Of a stretch of 64,000 nt of DNA, positions 62,247-64,000 are shown one piece after another. The notes under the pieces are model-generated. The model was not told where the DNA came from, did no database searches, and saw nothing but the letters and a program-made list of their open reading frames with translations. The translations under genes and the position numbers were made by a program. The stretch is from Planctomycetota bacterium (GTDB lineage: Bacteria > Planctomycetota > UBA1135 > UBA2386): positions 2,144,001-2,208,000 of the forward strand of contig OZ245838.1 in assembly GCA_965228735.1 (NCBI GenBank), given 5' to 3'. Each line of letters starts with the position of its first letter. Position 1 is the stretch's first letter.

Positions 62247-62418
62247 ATCGCGATACCGAGAGCCCACCCGAAAAGGCCGAGCCACCCTCAGATACGCCGG
62301 CTATCGACCACCCGGTACCGGGGCTTGAACCCCAACTCCTGCCGGTCTCGTCCGGAGACCGATCGCTGCTCGATTCTGCGACGCCGGGCTTGGGTAGGCA
62401 GGGGACGCGCACGATGCG

Positions 62419-63264
62419 TCACAGGATCTCGATCGCGGTGACCTCGGCCTTGTAGAACGGGAAGTAGTCCGGCGTGCCGAAGTGGTTGCCGCCCTCGACG
62501 CGGGTCGGGAGCCGGTAGCCGTCGACCTCCCGGAAGCGCGACGGGTAGCCGCCGAAGGGCTGCTCCCGCCAGCGTCGCTCCGCGTTCTCGTTGCTCCAGC
62601 GCGGAATCACCACTTCGATCGGCGCGCCGGCCTCGTCGACCGTGATGTCGACGGCCTGCTCGAGATTCCCGAGGCGGACCACGGCCCGCGCCGTGTCGTC
62701 GCTCACCGCCTCCCAGGCCACCCGCTCGCTCGGCAGCAAGCTGGCCGGAGCCCAGAACGCGGCCTCGCTGATCACCCGCCCGAACGCCGACCGACGATGA
62801 TCGGGCCCCTCGGCGCGCACCACGGGAACCAGCCCGAGCAGCCAGAACCGCGTCCACGAGCCGGTCGGCGTCACGCCGTCCGACCCGCCGAGCAGCCCGC
62901 TCTCCACCCGCCAGACCAACCCATCGGGCGGCGCCAGGACCTGCTCGGCGTGCATGCGCCGGTAGCCGGGCGAGTCCTTCGTCCCGAGTCCCAGCTCGCC
63001 CGTCATCTCGAGTCGCACGGCAGTGCGGATCGGCGCACCGGACCGGATCGTGAACGCGAAGTAGCGCCGCGCGGGCTCGGGCAACGCCGCGACCATTGCC
63101 GGCTCGAACACCCGCCCGTCGGCCGACGGAGCCGCCAGTGCCCGCCAGGCTGCTGCGTCCGCCCGCCGATCGAACTGACGCCAACAGACCAGAGCCACGA
63201 CAAGACCGAACCCCCCAACGAGCGCCATCCAGATCACTCTCGACCTCCACCTCGACCTAGCCAT
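62419..63264 (-). CDS. Conserved membrane-anchored hypothetical protein (DUF6544-like)
   Basis: LPEPARRYF, EAAFWAPASLLP, WEAV..TAR, FREVDGYRLPT. Confidence 0.75.
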   Translation of the reverse strand: MARSRWRSRVIWMALVGGFGLVVALVCWRQFDRRADAAAWRALAAPSADGRVFEPAMVAALPEPARRYFAFTIRSGAPIRTAVRLEMTGELGLGTKDSPGYRRMHAEQVLAPPDGLVWRVESGLLGGSDGVTPTGSWTRFWLLGLVPVVRAEGPDHRRSAFGRVISEAAFWAPASLLPSERVAWEAVSDDTARAVVRLGNLEQAVDITVDEAGAPIEVVIPRWSNENAERRWREQPFGGYPSRFREVDGYRLPTRVEGGNHFGTPDYFPFYKAEVTAIEIL

Positions 63265-63303
63265 ACGAGCAGCCCAACGATCCTACGGATGCCCCGCAAC
63301 CGG

Positions 63304-63365
63304 AGATGGTTGGGGTTGTGCCTAGATGGTCGGGGTTTGTGCCTAGATGGTCGGGGTTTGTGCCT
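63304..63365. repeat. 21-bp tandem repeat x3
   Basis: agatggtcggggtttgtgcct units; the first is 20 nt. Confidence 0.85.
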
Positions 63366-63500
63366 GGCACGCAAACCAACCGGCATGGCCGAGCTGCGAA
63401 GCAGCAATGGCCGCCTCCTGCCGTGACGCTCGTGTCGCCCAAAGGTCGAGCCGCGAAGCGGCAATACCCGCCCCGCCGAGACGGCTCCTTCCGTGAATCC

Positions 63501-63634
63501 AAGCTGGCCGCCGCGTAGCGGCACAGCCACCCCAAAGTTGGCAGCCGCGTAGCGGCGCAGCCACCCCGAAGTTGGCAGCCGCGTAGCGGCGCACCCACCC
63601 CAAAGTTGGCAGCCGCGTAGCGGCGCAGCCAACT
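63501..63634. repeat. 34-bp tandem repeat x4 with internal palindrome gccgc-gta-gcggc
   Basis: Units start at 63501, 63535, 63569 and 63603. Confidence 0.88.
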
Positions 63635-63710
63635 CCCCGCCGCGGCGTGCCGGCGCCAACGGGCCTCCCCGCGCGGCACCGGCCATCGCCGAGCCGCGAG
63701 CGAAGAACCA

Positions 63711-63770
63711 GAAGTATCGTGAGCTGCTTTTCCTCCTCCTCAGAGGAGGAAAAGCATCTCACGATACTTC
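63711..63770. repeat. Fold-back with 28-nt arms that copies the glutamine synthetase 3' end
   Basis: gaagtatcgtgagctgcttttcctcctc-ctca-gaggaggaaaagcatctcacgatacttc, 27/28 paired. Confidence 0.85.
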
Positions 63771-64000
63771 GGCAGGTGCCAATCGGCGTCGTCGACCATC
63801 GTCTCGATGACGTCCGCCTGGTCGCGCAGGGCGTCCACTGCGGAATGGACGCGATCGCGATAGACCTTGGCGTGGTCGTGTGCGCTGCCGTCGAACGCCT
63901 CGGCTGCCTCGAACTCGCCGCTGAGGGTCTCGACGCCCTCGATCAGGCTCTCGATGCAGCCAGTGAGCTGCTCGAGGCGGCGGCGCTGCGCCTTGACCTC
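63740..64000 (-). CDS. Glutamine synthetase type III, C-terminal fragment (not in the ORF track)
   Basis: Minus-strand translation ends ..DVIETMVDDADWHLPKYREMLFLL*, matching the GSIII C-terminal W(P)LPKYREMLF motif. Confidence 0.85.
   Translation of the reverse strand, partial: EVKAQRRRLEQLTGCIESLIEGVETLSGEFEAAEAFDGSAHDHAKVYRDRVHSAVDALRDQADVIETMVDDADWHLPKYREMLFLL

Noticed and set aside
63501..63634. Possible CRISPR array
   Set aside because: Units are contiguous near-identical tandem copies with no unique spacers, and no cas genes are present.

Overview
High-GC (about 70% by eye) bacterial chromosomal segment, most likely from a Planctomycetota genome. That assignment is inferred from gene content: a TPR+alphaCTD protein, a TsaC-phosphatase fusion, secretin-like 'DVEIAQ' proteins and many secreted proteins. 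Most of the window is housekeeping (ssb, prmC, prfA, rpmE, maf, rpsP, ffh, thiG, ruvA, mnmG, tig-clpP-clpX, rlmN, accA, lpxD, gspDEF, 3' end of a type III glutamine synthetase) interleaved with secreted and membrane proteins and many palindromic intergenic repeats. Standout observations: (1) a complete group II intron (27142-29133) sits at the apex of a REP/REPIN-like palindrome; its EBS1/EBS2 pair exactly with that repeat, and three empty target copies lie in the same window; (2) an EF-hand + iodothyronine-deiodinase-like selenoprotein (29883-30959) is split by an in-frame TGA followed by a SECIS-like hairpin; (3) two tandem paralogues each appear to contain a duplicated secretin-like domain; (4) a TPR protein carries two RNA polymerase alpha-CTDs; (5) long fold-back hairpins copy the last codons of genes. 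All product calls come from motif recognition by eye; no database searches were run.
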